A DNA stretch of 64,000 nt from Candidatus Latescibacterota bacterium (GCA_965219995.1 CBDCOX010000002.1:5312001-5376000), one strand, 5' to 3'. Positions 20,113-29,314 are shown, counted from the stretch's first letter. Notes: generated from the sequence alone by a model not told the origin. A program made the numbers and translations.

Positions 20113-21056
20113 CGGGTCAGCAGATCGTGAAGCTCGTCGCCGGCTCTCACGATTTCCCGCAGCAGGTTGTGTTCCGTCGGCATGTGGCTCGCGTTCTCGA
20201 CGATGCGCAGGTCGGCGTGGGGCACCGCGGCCTGGAACGCGAACGCGGTGCTCGGGGGCGTGCACATGTCGAAACGCCCCTGCCGGACGATCACCGGGAT
20301 GCCGGCTAGGCGCGAAGCGTTGCCGATCAGTTGATTCGGCTCGAGGAAACAGTCGTTGACCATGTAGTGGGCCATGATGCGGCTGAAGACCTCCGGGTCA
20401 TAGCCGCCGGCGGTCGCTGTCGGCGGGTGCAGGTGCATCAGGACCTGTTCGTAGTCGTGCAGGCGCACGGCCGCGTCGCGCGCCGCCTCCGCATCGTCGC
20501 CCAGGATGCGCCGCCAGAGGGTGCCGCCGATGTCCCGCATCTCCGCGTCCGACATCCCCGCGACGACTTCCGCGTAGCACTCCGGAAAGATGTGCCGCCC
20601 GCAGTCGAACCAGAAGTCCAGGCTCTTCGGGTCGCCGAGCCACATGCAGAAGAGCAGGAGCGCCCGGGTCCGCTCCGGGTGGCTCTCGGCGTAGGCGATC
20701 GACAGGGTCGAGCCCCAGGACCCGCCCGCGACCACCCACCGGTCGATGCCTAGCTGCTCGCGCAGGGCTTCCATGTCGCCAATGGACAGCCAGGCCGTGT
20801 TCTCCGCGAGTTCCCCGGCGGGCTCCGACACCCCGTTCCCCGGCTGGTCGATCTGGACCATGCGCCACCTGTCGAGGTCGAACATGGTGCGGTAGAAGGC
20901 CTTGTTCTGCCCGCCCGGCCCGCCGTGGCTCATGATCAGCGGCATGCCGTCCGGATTGCCGCTTACCGCCCACCGGATGCGGTGGGGTCCGCGCTCGATG
21001 ACCCCCGTGAGGTCCGCCCCGCGCTCCGGGTAGTTGTACGCGTCGAGTCGTCTCAC
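20109..21056 (-). CDS. pip: Proline iminopeptidase-like (S33) alpha/beta hydrolase
   Basis: HGGPG, GGSWGSTL, QGRFDMCTP, ASH. Confidence 0.88.
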   Translation of the reverse strand: MRRLDAYNYPERGADLTGVIERGPHRIRWAVSGNPDGMPLIMSHGGPGGQNKAFYRTMFDLDRWRMVQIDQPGNGVSEPAGELAENTAWLSIGDMEALREQLGIDRWVVAGGSWGSTLSIAYAESHPERTRALLLFCMWLGDPKSLDFWFDCGRHIFPECYAEVVAGMSDAEMRDIGGTLWRRILGDDAEAARDAAVRLHDYEQVLMHLHPPTATAGGYDPEVFSRIMAHYMVNDCFLEPNQLIGNASRLAGIPVIVRQGRFDMCTPPSTAFAFQAAVPHADLRIVENASHMPTEHNLLREIVRAGDELHDLLTR

Positions 21057-21066
21057 GGTGCGTCTC

Positions 21067-21729
21067 TCAGTCCTCCGTGAACGCCTCCGGCGCGAAGATC
21101 GTCTCCCCGAGGACCGACGCGAACGTCAGTTCGCCGCGGGGCGTCTCGATGCGGAGTTCGAAGCCGGGCGCGTCGCCGGCGACGACCGTGACCGGCATGT
21201 CGAGGCCGCGATAGATCGCCGCGAGACGCTCCGGCTCGGGGTGCACCGCGCGGAACGCAAGGAGCCGCAATCCCTGGGCCGATGTCTCCGCCGGGTGCGG
21301 CGTCTCGCCCCAGTCGATGTAGAAGGGCACCTGGTCCCCCTGGTCGTGCCCGACGAGATAGAGCCCGCTCCAGGAGAGCAGGACGCCGTCCGGCGTTGCC
21401 CTGGACCCCTCGGCGGGGCCCAGGGTGGACAGGCCCGCCGCCTCCGCCGCCGCGACCGTGGCCGCCATGTCTTCCGTTCTCAGGGCGAAGCTCGCGATGT
21501 GCGGTTCCCCGTAGGAGACGAGCCTCGCCCCAAGACCCCGCGGCTCGTCGAGATCCGGGTCCGGCGCGATGAACTCGAGGTAGACCCCCTCCCCGACCGA
21601 GGCCAGCAGGTTGGCGGTGCCGAGCCCGGGATGGGCCCCGCCGACGGTGAGTTCCACGCCCGTCTCTTCTTCGAATCGGCCCTTGAACGTTTCGAGATCG
21701 GCGATGAGGAGAATGATGTGGTCGAGCAT
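21067..21729 (-). CDS. VOC/glyoxalase-like family protein, copy B
   Basis: LDHI...GGAHPGLGTANLL...YLEFIAPDP...PFYIDWG; 16/220 aa differ from copy A. Confidence 0.88.
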   Translation of the reverse strand: MLDHIILLIADLETFKGRFEEETGVELTVGGAHPGLGTANLLASVGEGVYLEFIAPDPDLDEPRGLGARLVSYGEPHIASFALRTEDMAATVAAAEAAGLSTLGPAEGSRATPDGVLLSWSGLYLVGHDQGDQVPFYIDWGETPHPAETSAQGLRLLAFRAVHPEPERLAAIYRGLDMPVTVVAGDAPGFELRIETPRGELTFASVLGETIFAPEAFTED

Positions 21730-21749
21730 GTCCGTGGTTCCTTGTTCCT

Positions 21750-21992
21750 CTAGTCCCCTGGGCCTTCGACCCGGTACGCCCGCCGGATCGCCACCGGCTC
21801 CTCCAGGATCTGCCCTTGCAGGATCTCGATGGCTGTCGAGGCATCGCTCGGCAACCGCTGCATCCGTTCCAGCACCCGCAGGCCGCGCAGCACCCGGCCG
21901 AACGTCGCGTAGCCCTGCCCGTCGAGGCGTTCGGCCTCGTAACCCGTATCGAGGACGGGGTTGTCCTGGATGTTGAAGAAGAAACTCCGAGT
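21750..21992 (-). pseudogene. 3' fragment of the cyclophilin domain duplicated from the 24232-26403 gene
   Basis: FFFNIQDNPVLDTGYE...RRAYRVEGPGD with no start; extra base at the junction. Confidence 0.85.
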
Positions 21993-22089
21993 AATGGGCC
22001 ATGATGCGGCTGAAGACCTCCGGGTCATAGCCGCCGGCGGTCGCTGTCGGCGGGTGCAGGTGCATCAGGACCTGTTCGTAGTCGTGCAG
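21991..22089 (-). pseudogene. 99-bp internal fragment of pip, duplicate of 20364-20462
   Basis: Near-identical sequence (one mismatch seen) encoding LHDYEQVLMHLHPPTATAGGYDPEVFSRIMAHY. Confidence 0.88.
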
Positions 22090-22210
22090 TCGAATCCGCG
22101 CGAGCCGTCAGAGCGCGACAGGTTCGTCAGGTGCGCCGTCGGGCTCGACAGGGGCTCATCGCCACGAGCGCCACTCGACCGCCATGCCCAGGCGCCGCTC
22201 GCGGGCGCCC

Positions 22211-22558
22211 CTACTCCGGTCGGCGCAGCACGCCGGCCACGCGCGCCTTGAAGTCCGAACCGCCGTCCGCGCTCAGGATCAGATCGGCAACCGCGCCGAG
22301 CCGGTCCCAGTCCTCGGTGTCGCGAAGCATGGCCTCGAGCTCGCCGCCGACGGCCTCGCCGAAACGCTGCGCTGCCTGACGCCGCAGCACGGCGCGCTGC
22401 CGCGCGACGCCCTCCTGACGTCCCTCCGCCACGCCCTCTTGACGTCCCTCCACCACACCCTCGCGACGTCCCTGCGCCACGCCCTCGCGCCGTCCCTCGG
22501 CCACGCCCTCGCGGCGCCACCGCACGGACCACTCCCCCATCCGTTCCGCCAGGGTCAT
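22211..22558 (-). CDS. Putative internally initiated Rpn short form (antitoxin-like), 115 aa
   Basis: In-frame ATG preceded by AGGGAGG at 5-nt spacing; matches the published RpnL/RpnS architecture. Confidence 0.65.
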   Translation of the reverse strand: MTLAERMGEWSVRWRREGVAEGRREGVAQGRREGVVEGRQEGVAEGRQEGVARQRAVLRRQAAQRFGEAVGGELEAMLRDTEDWDRLGAVADLILSADGGSDFKARVAGVLRRPE

Positions 22559-23263
22559 CGTCGCCTCCCTCAACGTCTCGCCCAACTCCACCGGCGCGCC
22601 CGGCGCCAGCCGCTCCACCGCCGCCGCCAGCCAGTCCCGGAACGCGCGGCCCAAGTCCCCGTCCTCCGGCTGCCGCAGCCAGGCGTCCAGCGCCCGCGCC
22701 GCCCGCGCCAGATCGCCCGGCGTCCGGCTCTGCTCGAAGCCCACCACGCCGCGCAGCAGGTTCCCGGGCGGCAAATCGTCCGCCACCACCCGGCGTTCGT
22801 CAAGAACCAGCGAGCGTTGCGACGGCTGATGCGGAACCAGCGCCGCCGGCATCGGACCGAACAGGTCGCGCATCTCCAGCGCCGCCGCCCACGGCGCCGC
22901 GCCGTTGTACAGCACCAGCGGCAGCACCGCCGGCCAGCCGCCCGGCGGCCCGAGCTCGCCGCGCCGGTCCAACGCCCCGTACAGCAGCGCCGTGTACTCC
23001 AGGTTGCGCAGCGCCATGCGGGCGTCCTTCTCCGACTGGAACTCCAGCAACAGCAGCAGGTACAGCCAGCCGCCGCGGAACCGCACGCGCCACACGGCAT
23101 CGCCGCGCCGCTGCTGCCACCGGTCGCCGACGTACTCGGCCGGGAGCTTCTCCAGCGTGTCGAAGTCGATGTCGCCGAGCCAGCCCGGTTGACCCACGGC
23201 GCGCAGCAGGTCGGCCGTCATGCGCGGGAACGAGAACAGCCGCCTGTAGATCGGATCGTTCAC
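22211..23263 (-). CDS. Rpn/YhgA-like PD-(D/E)XK nuclease (Rpn long form)
   Basis: DPIYRRLFS, RRGDAVWRV, LLLEFQS, VLPLVLYNG; tail of 24-bp repeats encoding REGVAEGR. Confidence 0.9.
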   Translation of the reverse strand: MNDPIYRRLFSFPRMTADLLRAVGQPGWLGDIDFDTLEKLPAEYVGDRWQQRRGDAVWRVRFRGGWLYLLLLLEFQSEKDARMALRNLEYTALLYGALDRRGELGPPGGWPAVLPLVLYNGAAPWAAALEMRDLFGPMPAALVPHQPSQRSLVLDERRVVADDLPPGNLLRGVVGFEQSRTPGDLARAARALDAWLRQPEDGDLGRAFRDWLAAAVERLAPGAPVELGETLREATMTLAERMGEWSVRWRREGVAEGRREGVAQGRREGVVEGRQEGVAEGRQEGVARQRAVLRRQAAQRFGEAVGGELEAMLRDTEDWDRLGAVADLILSADGGSDFKARVAGVLRRPE

Positions 23264-23317
23264 GGAGCCACCTTAGCGGCCCCGCCAGGGCGTGGCTTGG
23301 GGCGATCTTCCCGCCTG

Positions 23318-23375
23318 GCGCGGGACATCCACCCTCCGCGGCGTGCGACATCGGCCGCCTGCCGCGTGCGACATC
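23318..23375. repeat. Three 12-bp direct repeats with a 23-bp period upstream of Rpn
   Basis: GCGCGGGACATC (23318), GCGTGCGACATC (23341), GCGTGCGACATC (23364). Confidence 0.7.
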
Positions 23376-23407
23376 CGCTGGCCCGGGCCGGCGGACGGCC
23401 GCGGCCA

Positions 23408-23520
23408 TCAGTCGATCACCGCCTCGTTCGAGAGGGCGCTCCACGCGCCGTCCTCGTTCACCGAGCACGCGCGCATCGTGCAGGCGCCTGCCGAGAGGCT
23501 CGACCAGCAGAACGATGTGC
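23408..23520 (-). pseudogene. C-terminal remnant of a fibronectin type III-like protein
   Basis: TSFCWSSLSAGACTMRACSVNEDGAWSALSNEAVID* resembles the final FN3 strands. Confidence 0.45.
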
Positions 23521-24473
23521 GCGTCGAGTCGTCTCACCGTGCGCCTCTCAGTCCTCCGTGAACGCCTCAGGCGCGAAGATCGTCTCCCCGAGGGTAGACG
23601 TAAACGTCAGTTCGCCGCGGGGCGTCTTGATGCGGAGTTCGAAGCCGGGCGCGTCGCCGGCGACGACGGTGACCGGCATGTCGAGGCCGCGATAGATCGC
23701 CGCGAGACGCTCCGGCTCGGGGTGCACCGCGCGGAACGAAAGGAGTCGCAATCCCTGGGCGGACGTCTCCGCCGGGTGAGGCGTCTCGCCCCAGTCGATG
23801 TAGAAGGGCACCTGGTCCCCCTGGTCGTGCCCGACGAGGTAGAGCCCGCTCCAGGAAAGCAGGACGCCGTCCGGCGTTTCCCAGGACCCCGCGGCGGGGC
23901 CCAGGGTGGACAGGCCCGCCGCCTCCGCCGCCGCGACCGTGGCCACCATGTCTTCCGTTCTCAGGGCGAAGCTCGCGATGTGCGGTTCCGCGTAGGAGAC
24001 GAGCCTGGCGCCAAAACCCCGCGGCTCGTCGAGATCCGGGTCCGGCGCGACGAACTCGAGGTAGACCCCCTCGCCAACCGAGGCCAGCAGGTTGGCCACG
24101 CCGAGGCTCGGGTGGGCCCCGCCGACGGTGAGTTCCAGGCCCGTCTCGGCTTCGAATCGGCTCTTGAACGTTTCGAGATCGGCGATGAGGAGAATGATGT
24201 GGTCGAGCATGTCCGTGACTCCCTTGTTCCTCTAGTCCCCTGGGCTTTCGACCCGGTACGCCCGCCGGATCGCCACCGGCTCCTCCAGGATCTGCCCTTG
24301 CAGGATCTCGATGGCTGTCGGGGCATCGCTCGGCAACCGCTGCATCCGTTCCAGCACCCGCAGGCCGCGCAGCACCCGGCCGAACGTCGCGTAGCCCTCC
24401 CCGTCGAGGCGTTCGGCCTCGTACCCCGTATCGAGGACGGGGTTGTCCTGGATGTTGAAGAAGAACTCCGAGT
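23521..24473. repeat. Diverged ~950-bp direct duplication, arm A
   Basis: Colinear with 21040-21992. Confidence 0.92.
23548..24210 (-). CDS. VOC/glyoxalase-like family protein, copy A
   Basis: Same motifs as copy B. Confidence 0.88.
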   Translation of the reverse strand: MLDHIILLIADLETFKSRFEAETGLELTVGGAHPSLGVANLLASVGEGVYLEFVAPDPDLDEPRGFGARLVSYAEPHIASFALRTEDMVATVAAAEAAGLSTLGPAAGSWETPDGVLLSWSGLYLVGHDQGDQVPFYIDWGETPHPAETSAQGLRLLSFRAVHPEPERLAAIYRGLDMPVTVVAGDAPGFELRIKTPRGELTFTSTLGETIFAPEAFTED

Positions 24474-26403
24474 TCGCGGTTCCGGGTTCCAGGCGCGCGA
24501 ACGCGATGCTGCCGCGTTCGTTCGGGATTCCCGTCCGGTCGGTGGTCTCGTGCGCGACGGGCGGCAAGGGGGCTTCCGCCTCCGAGAACGCTTCCATGGC
24601 CTCGCCTTCCGCGTTCATCGCCTCCCCCAGCAAACCCCCTTGAACCACCCCTATCGAACTGTCCCCAGACCCCCGGGTGACCCGGTAGAAGCTCGCGCCG
24701 TCGTAGTGCCCGCCATCCACGTGGGCCAGGAACTGTCCCGCCGACAGGGGCGCGCGTTCGGGGTACAGCGCGACTTCGATGTCGCCCAGGGAGGTTTCCA
24801 ACACCACCCGCACCGTCCGGTCCAGGGGGTTGGCCGCCAGCCACCAAGCGCGCAGGTCGTCGAGGCGGTCCGGCCGCACCGCGCCCGCGTATCGGGCGAA
24901 CTCGGCGTCGGGGAACCCGTTGTCGAGACCGCGCAGGTACCGGTCGAAGAACCCGTGCACGAAGTCGTTCTGCGCGCCGATGATGGTCTCGGCCGCGATG
25001 CCCCCGAACAGCGGCGTGCGCCACGGCGTGCGCATGAACAGCGCGAAGTCGGACACCCCGAGATGGGTGACGTCGTCCACCACCAGGCGATGGACGTCGG
25101 ACCGCAGTCCCGCCGTTTCGTGGCGCTCGTAGGAGAAGTCGTTGAAGCCGTGGCCGGAGGCGTCCGGGTCTCCAGCGATCATGGCCGCGACCGTGTCCAC
25201 GTCCGAATAGAACATGAGGAAGGGGACGGGGATGTTGCTATGGAAGGGCCGGAAGTCGTAATCGCCGCCGTCGAGGTTGACCGCAGCCCCGCAGCGGGGA
25301 TCGACCATGCAGACCCCGCCCGTGGTCGAGCCGCCGAAGGACATGCCGATCTCGCCGACGGAGGAGAGGTCCCCGGCGGCGACGATGCCGGCCACGTCCT
25401 CGGGCACGTCGACGGCCTCGAGCCGGTCATGCACGAAGATGCGGTCCGCCCGCCAGACGTCGGCGCTCACGGAGGCGATGCGCTGTCCCTCCGCGACGGA
25501 CTCCTCGTAGTAGGCCCGGGTCGCCCGGCGCCGCTCGTCGAACGTGCCTCCGACGAAGCTCGCGACCTGCTCTTCCGGCATCTGCGCCGCCAGCTCCCGC
25601 ATCTCGCGGAGCAGGGCCGGGTCCATCGGCGCGACGTCGCCGTTCGGAAAGACCACGGGCGACGAGTCGTGGGTGTGCTGCACGGAATAGACGACGTAGC
25701 CATGGCTTGCGAGTTCTTCCATGAGCGCCGTGTTCTGGCCGAGAAACGACGTGTAGCCGTGGCTGTAGATCACGACCGGCTGGTTCGCCGCGCCGTCCAT
25801 GAGCGGCGCGTTCTGGTACGAATTCGTCGAACTGTGCTTGAGGTATTGGAAGAAGAAGGGCATACCCATCGTGCTTCCCAGTCCACTGGCGGTGGTGGCG
25901 GCCTCTCGGTCGTCGAAGTAGGGGCGCGGGCTCAGCCCCGCGACGTCTCCGGCGGGGTACCAGACGTGCACCAGCAGGCGTCTCGGCTCGTCGTCGCCGG
26001 CGGCCAGCACGCCCGTGCGCGCGGGGTCGGCCAGCTCGAAGTCCCGCACGCCGACCGGATGCTCGCCGGTCGGAGCGGGGAGCGTGGTGACCACGAAGAC
26101 GAACAGCGGCCCGCACGCGGCGACCCCCAGGATCGTCAGCAGCGAACCGCTCACGTAGGGTACGCGCAGCGGCTTCCTGCCCTCGCGGCGCTTGCCGAGC
26201 CACGCCCCAACCAGCAGCAGCACGGCGACGACGATGGGGCCCGCCGCCTGCCAGCGATGGTCCATGACCGCTACGACGCCCACGACCAGCGCCACGAGCG
26301 ATGCCACGACGACGATGCGCCGGCGTGCCCCAACGCCCGTCGCCCACCAGGCCCCGATGGCGACGGCCAACGCAGCGCAGAGTATCCAGTCGATCAGCAG
26401 CAC
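24232..26403 (-). CDS. Membrane-anchored PAF-AH-like alpha/beta hydrolase fused to a C-terminal cyclophilin-type PPIase domain
   Basis: 4 N-terminal TM helices; LPAPTGEHPVG, YSHG, GMSFGG; then ETSLGDIEVALYPERAP, FYRV, VVQGG, GYATFGRV. Confidence 0.88.
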   Translation of the reverse strand: MLLIDWILCAALAVAIGAWWATGVGARRRIVVVASLVALVVGVVAVMDHRWQAAGPIVVAVLLLVGAWLGKRREGRKPLRVPYVSGSLLTILGVAACGPLFVFVVTTLPAPTGEHPVGVRDFELADPARTGVLAAGDDEPRRLLVHVWYPAGDVAGLSPRPYFDDREAATTASGLGSTMGMPFFFQYLKHSSTNSYQNAPLMDGAANQPVVIYSHGYTSFLGQNTALMEELASHGYVVYSVQHTHDSSPVVFPNGDVAPMDPALLREMRELAAQMPEEQVASFVGGTFDERRRATRAYYEESVAEGQRIASVSADVWRADRIFVHDRLEAVDVPEDVAGIVAAGDLSSVGEIGMSFGGSTTGGVCMVDPRCGAAVNLDGGDYDFRPFHSNIPVPFLMFYSDVDTVAAMIAGDPDASGHGFNDFSYERHETAGLRSDVHRLVVDDVTHLGVSDFALFMRTPWRTPLFGGIAAETIIGAQNDFVHGFFDRYLRGLDNGFPDAEFARYAGAVRPDRLDDLRAWWLAANPLDRTVRVVLETSLGDIEVALYPERAPLSAGQFLAHVDGGHYDGASFYRVTRGSGDSSIGVVQGGLLGEAMNAEGEAMEAFSEAEAPLPPVAHETTDRTGIPNERGSIAFARLEPGTANSEFFFNIQDNPVLDTGYEAERLDGEGYATFGRVLRGLRVLERMQRLPSDAPTAIEILQGQILEEPVAIRRAYRVESPGD

Positions 26404-26410
26404 GCGGTCG

Positions 26411-26474
26411 CTCCTTCTTCTTGCGAGGGGTGCCCCCTGCGCGGGCCGCCCTCGCGCTCCCCGGCTGAGGGCTC
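26411..26474 (-). repeat. Copy of the GAGCCHTCAGCCGGGSA hairpin repeat; its 3' end carries the AAGGAG RBS of the gene starting at 26403
   Basis: GAGCCCTCAGCCGGGGAGCGCGAGGG...GGGGCACCCCTCGCAAGAAGAAGGAG on the minus strand. Confidence 0.8.
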
Positions 26475-26625
26475 TTTACCTGCAAATCAGACGCGCAGCG
26501 GGCGCGCCACCCTCAGCGGAAGATACACCGCGGTTCTGGTCTACCGCTCCCAGTCGCGTCTATTCTCCCGCGAGGAATCTCCCGCGACGAACAACCCAGC
26601 CTCATCCGAACCAAAGGAACACGCC

Positions 26626-28566
26626 ATGGCACCCTCCGGCCGACCCCTGCGCCAGGACGACATCTACAAGGCCCGCTACGTGGTGGGCGGTGCCCTATCC
26701 CCTGACGGGGCCGCCGCGGTCTACGTCCTGTCCGAGACGCACGGCGGCGGCGAGGAAGAACGCCAGGCCACCTCCCTGTGGCAGGTCTCCACCCGGGGCG
26801 GACGGTCCCGGCGCCTGACCGGCGAGGCCGGCGACGACTCGACTCCCCGGTTCGCACCGGACGGCAGGTCGGTCCTCTTCCTGTCCACGCGCTCGAACGT
26901 GCAGCAGGTGCACCGCATCGCCCTCGACGGCGGGGAAGCGGAACAGCTCACCGACCTGCCCCAGGGCGTCGGCACGTTCGATCTCTCCCCGGACGGCCGG
27001 ACCATCGCGTTCACCGCACTCGCCGCGCCGCCCAAACCCCCGGGACCGAACGACCACGTGCGCATCTCCCGCAGTTGGTACCGCATGGACGGCATGGGCT
27101 ACCTGCAGGACATGGGCCAGGCCGTCTACACGATGCCGAGCCGGGGCGGAAAGCCGAGGCCCATCACCGGTCACGACGGGGTGATCATGGCCCTCGCCTT
27201 CTCCCCCGACGGGACGCGCCTCGGTTACCTGATCAGCGGCATGGAGCACCACGAGTTCATGCGCGGCAGCCTGCGGGTGGTCGACGTCGCCGGCGAGAAC
27301 CCGCAGACCGTGGCCGACGACCAGGCGTTCATGAGCTTCTTCTGGTGCAACGACCGGCAGCTCGGTTTCGTCGCGCCTCCCGGGGACGACCTGTCGCGGC
27401 AGTTCCAGCTCTTCGTCATCGGCATCGACGGCAAGCGCGCCCGGTCCCGCACGGCCGACCTCGACGTCGCGATCGGGGGCATGATCCAGACGAACTCTCC
27501 CGCGGCGCGCACGCCGGGGCGGTCGCTGGTCGCCGGCGACGCCGTGTACATGACGGTCACCGACGGCGGTCAGGCGCAGATCCGCAAGATTTCCATCGCC
27601 GGCGCCCGCGGCTGCGAGACGGTGGTGGCCGGGGAACGCGTGACCGCGCTCCTCGACGGCAACGACCGCTCCCTGCTGCTGGCCGTCCAGACCCCCAACG
27701 CCCCGCCGGAACTCGCGCTCTTCGACCTCGAGTCGGGCACGGAGCGGGCGCTGACGCGCCACAACCGGGCCTGGCAGGCGCGCATCGCGTGGCCGGAAGC
27801 GGAGCACGTTACGGCCCGGGTGACCCGCGGCGTCGAGGTCGAGGGCTGGGTCCTGAAACCCGCGCACGAGAGCCCGCCCTACCGGACGATCCTGTACATA
27901 CACGGCGGTCCGCACGCCGGCTTCGGCCTGAGCTACAACGACGACTTCCAGGAACTGGTCGGCGCCGGCTACGCGGTGGCCTACTGCAACCCGCGCGGCT
28001 CCACGGGCTACGGGGACGCCTTCTCCACCGCCATCGTCGGCCGCTGGGGCAAGCCGGAACTGCAGGACTTCGACGCCTTCCTGGACAAGCTGGTCGCCGA
28101 GGGCATCGCCGACCCGGACCGGCTCGGCGTCACGGGCGTCTCCGGCGGCGGGCACCTGTCCGGCTGGCTGATCGGCAACTCCCGGCGCTACAGGGCGGCG
28201 GTGCCGGAACAGGGCGTGTACAACATGCTCAGCATGTGGGGCGTCTCCGACGCCGGCAAGGCGCTGATCAGCCTGGAAATGGGCGGCGACCCGCACCGGG
28301 TTCCGGACCGCTACTGGGAGCTGTCACCCCTGGCGCACGCGCACAAGTGCCGCACGCCGACGCTGCTCATCCAGGGCGAGAACGACCTGCGCTGCCCCAT
28401 GGAGCAGGCCGAGCAGTTCTACACGGCCCTCGAGGCCGCTGGCTGCAAGGTCGAACTGCTGCGGCTCGCCAACTGCTCGCACGGCCTGGAACTGATCGGA
28501 CCGCCGGCGCTGCGCCGCTACCGCATGAACGCGATGCGGGAGTGGTTCGACGCCCATATCGAGTGA
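26626..28566 (+). CDS. S9C acylaminoacyl-peptidase family peptidase, cytoplasmic
   Basis: ATG after AAGGAA, PD40-like repeats, IHGGPH, NPRGSTGYG, GVSGGG, DLRCP, SHG. Confidence 0.92.
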   Translation: MAPSGRPLRQDDIYKARYVVGGALSPDGAAAVYVLSETHGGGEEERQATSLWQVSTRGGRSRRLTGEAGDDSTPRFAPDGRSVLFLSTRSNVQQVHRIALDGGEAEQLTDLPQGVGTFDLSPDGRTIAFTALAAPPKPPGPNDHVRISRSWYRMDGMGYLQDMGQAVYTMPSRGGKPRPITGHDGVIMALAFSPDGTRLGYLISGMEHHEFMRGSLRVVDVAGENPQTVADDQAFMSFFWCNDRQLGFVAPPGDDLSRQFQLFVIGIDGKRARSRTADLDVAIGGMIQTNSPAARTPGRSLVAGDAVYMTVTDGGQAQIRKISIAGARGCETVVAGERVTALLDGNDRSLLLAVQTPNAPPELALFDLESGTERALTRHNRAWQARIAWPEAEHVTARVTRGVEVEGWVLKPAHESPPYRTILYIHGGPHAGFGLSYNDDFQELVGAGYAVAYCNPRGSTGYGDAFSTAIVGRWGKPELQDFDAFLDKLVAEGIADPDRLGVTGVSGGGHLSGWLIGNSRRYRAAVPEQGVYNMLSMWGVSDAGKALISLEMGGDPHRVPDRYWELSPLAHAHKCRTPTLLIQGENDLRCPMEQAEQFYTALEAAGCKVELLRLANCSHGLELIGPPALRRYRMNAMREWFDAHIE

Positions 28567-28633
28567 GTCTGCGCCTGCCGCGGGAACGTCAGGGGCCAAT
28601 CAAGGGCTTGATGGTGTCCGTGGGTTGCCGGAG

Positions 28634-28837
28634 TTACCCGCGAAGCCGCGGGTCGTTCCGGAAGTCGGTGATCGGTCCGGTGACCAACGCGGCACAATCC
28701 GGGTGGTCTGGATTGACGATGAAGTTGCTCTCGCCGACGACCACGGCGCTCGGCACCTGCAAGACGGCGGACTGCCCGCTGTCCAGCCAACGGTCGCCGG
28801 TCGCGCGTGTCGTCCGCGTTCCCGTCTCCCATCCCAC
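28634..28837 (-). pseudogene. C-terminal remnant of a RES-domain toxin
   Basis: GDRWLDSGQSAVLQVPSAVV..ESNFIVNPDHPD...DPRL; N-terminus absent. Confidence 0.75.
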
Positions 28838-28867
28838 CAGCCCTGGTCTGCGTTGTCCGCGCGGCGA

Positions 28868-29284
28868 TCAGCCCTCGGGCAACCAGTTCTCCTGATCGAG
28901 GCCCGAAACACGCTCGAAGTGGCGCGGGTTGTTCGTGACGAGCGTGCAACCCGCGCTCAACGCATGCGCGGCGATCATCGCATCGTTGTTGCCGATGGGC
29001 GTTCCTGCCGCAAGAAGCCGCGCTTGGATGCCGGCGAACGCGTCCGCTTCCGGCTTGCCCCAGGCGAGCACGCCGTCCAGGCGTTCGCAGAAGGCTTGAA
29101 TCGCGGCAGCATGCCGTGTCGCGCTACGCGACCGTAGTGCGCCTAGCCGCAGTTCGGCGTACGTGACCGCGGAGATGAAGACGTTCGCGCCGGCGCGAGC
29201 CTGAGTCTGGAACGTAGCCAGCAGCCTTGCATCGCGCTCGCGAATCACGTAGCTGCTCGTATCCGTGTCGAGCATGTATTGCAC
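28868..29284 (-). CDS. vapC: VapC PIN-domain toxin
   Basis: YMLDTD, ISAVTYAEL, IGNNDAMIAAHA, LVTNN..HF. Confidence 0.93.
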   Translation of the reverse strand: MQYMLDTDTSSYVIRERDARLLATFQTQARAGANVFISAVTYAELRLGALRSRSATRHAAAIQAFCERLDGVLAWGKPEADAFAGIQARLLAAGTPIGNNDAMIAAHALSAGCTLVTNNPRHFERVSGLDQENWLPEG

Positions 29285-29314
29285 GCCCGGACTCCCAAGT
29301 GTGCGGCGGCGTCG

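Larger units (their letters stand above)
21040..21992. repeat. Diverged ~950-bp direct duplication, arm B (arm A at 23521-24473)
   Basis: Colinear with 23521-24473 (pip start, VOC gene, cyclophilin 3' end) with scattered substitutions. Confidence 0.92.

Noticed and set aside
22211-23263. Rpn as an IS transposase
   Set aside because: No terminal inverted repeats or target duplication seen; the family is now understood as nuclease/TA rather than transposase
21040-24473. Diversity-generating retroelement TR/VR pair
   Set aside because: No reverse transcriptase; the repeats are gene-sized and the differences are not adenine-specific
23515-26625. 1683-aa ORF on the + strand
   Set aside because: The first ~1037 codons are the antisense shadow of minus-strand genes; the real S9 gene starts at 26626 after an RBS
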